64,000 bases of DNA, taken from assembly GCF_009834535.1 (NCBI RefSeq), contig NC_045709.1:52328001-52392000 (forward strand), written 5' to 3'. Numbering within the stretch: the first letter of the stretch is position 1; each line of letters starts with the position of its first letter. Origin of the DNA: Camelus ferus (Eukaryota). Positions 63,600 to 64,000 of the stretch are shown here, piece by piece. The position numbers and the translations under genes are program-made. The notes beneath the pieces were generated by a model. That model was not told where the DNA came from. It made no database searches and worked only from the letters and a program-made list of their open reading frames with translations.

Positions 63600-63990
63600 G
63601 TTCTTCTCTATCAACTATCTAACATTGTCATTTTAGCTTCCAATATGGTAGAATGAAATATCTAATTCAGATGACTTCCATATTTATCAAAAGTAAAAAC
63701 AAGTATGAATTCCAAACTTTTAAGGTCCTTCTTTTCTCTTATGACCAGGACTTGAAATCTGAGACAAAGTTTCCTATTTTCTTTCCTTTGTACCCCTTCC
63801 CCCAGTACCTAACAAATTGTTGAATTTTAACATCTGAGTTTGTAATGTCTTTCACAGCTGTTCCAACGTCCGTATCCTATTGTAGCCAGACTCCCATCCT
63901 CTTAGCCAGGCTGTGGCAACAGCACTTTGACTCAGCCCAAGCACCCTACTCAGCAATGTCACATATATATTCCTAGAGTAGAGTTCAATC
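63600..63990 (+). mobile_element. L2 fragment
   Basis: gatgacttccatatttatc ... gtccgtatcctattgtagccagactccc. Confidence 0.45.
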
Positions 63991-64000
63991 TCTGCTAATC

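Noticed and set aside
1-64000. CRISPR array, prokaryotic or viral operon, intact ERV or full-length L1 ORFs, known snRNA, snoRNA or miRNA
   Set aside because: I saw no regularly spaced repeats, no long gag, pol or ORF2 frames, and no RNA-gene sequence I could recognise. The repeat content is that of ordinary eutherian non-coding DNA.

Overview
This is mammalian genomic DNA, very probably from a camelid (camel, llama or alpaca). The evidence is five tRNA-Ala-derived SINE copies matching the camelid Vic-1 type, alongside cetartiodactyl-type L1 3' ends. Three short N gaps indicate a draft assembly. The window is AT-rich and dominated by eutherian interspersed repeats: L2, MIR, L1M, MLT1/LTR16/LTR33 ERVL-MaLR LTRs and hAT fragments. 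It looks intronic or intergenic. I could not recognise any known protein-coding gene, RNA gene or CRISPR-like array, and the supplied six-frame ORFs look like chance or repeat-derived ORFs. Points worth following up: (1) several minus-strand segments with strong splice signals, including a 192-nt open phase-0/0 exon and a possible two-exon 105-aa ORF starting in a G-rich element; (2) an old local duplication or triplication at about 4.6-6.9 kb; (3) a 98-bp dispersed repeat, one copy inside an LTR; (4) small junction oddities at SINE and L1 insertions. Repeat subfamily names and boundaries were assigned by eye from recalled consensus sequences and are approximate. All gene models are hypotheses.
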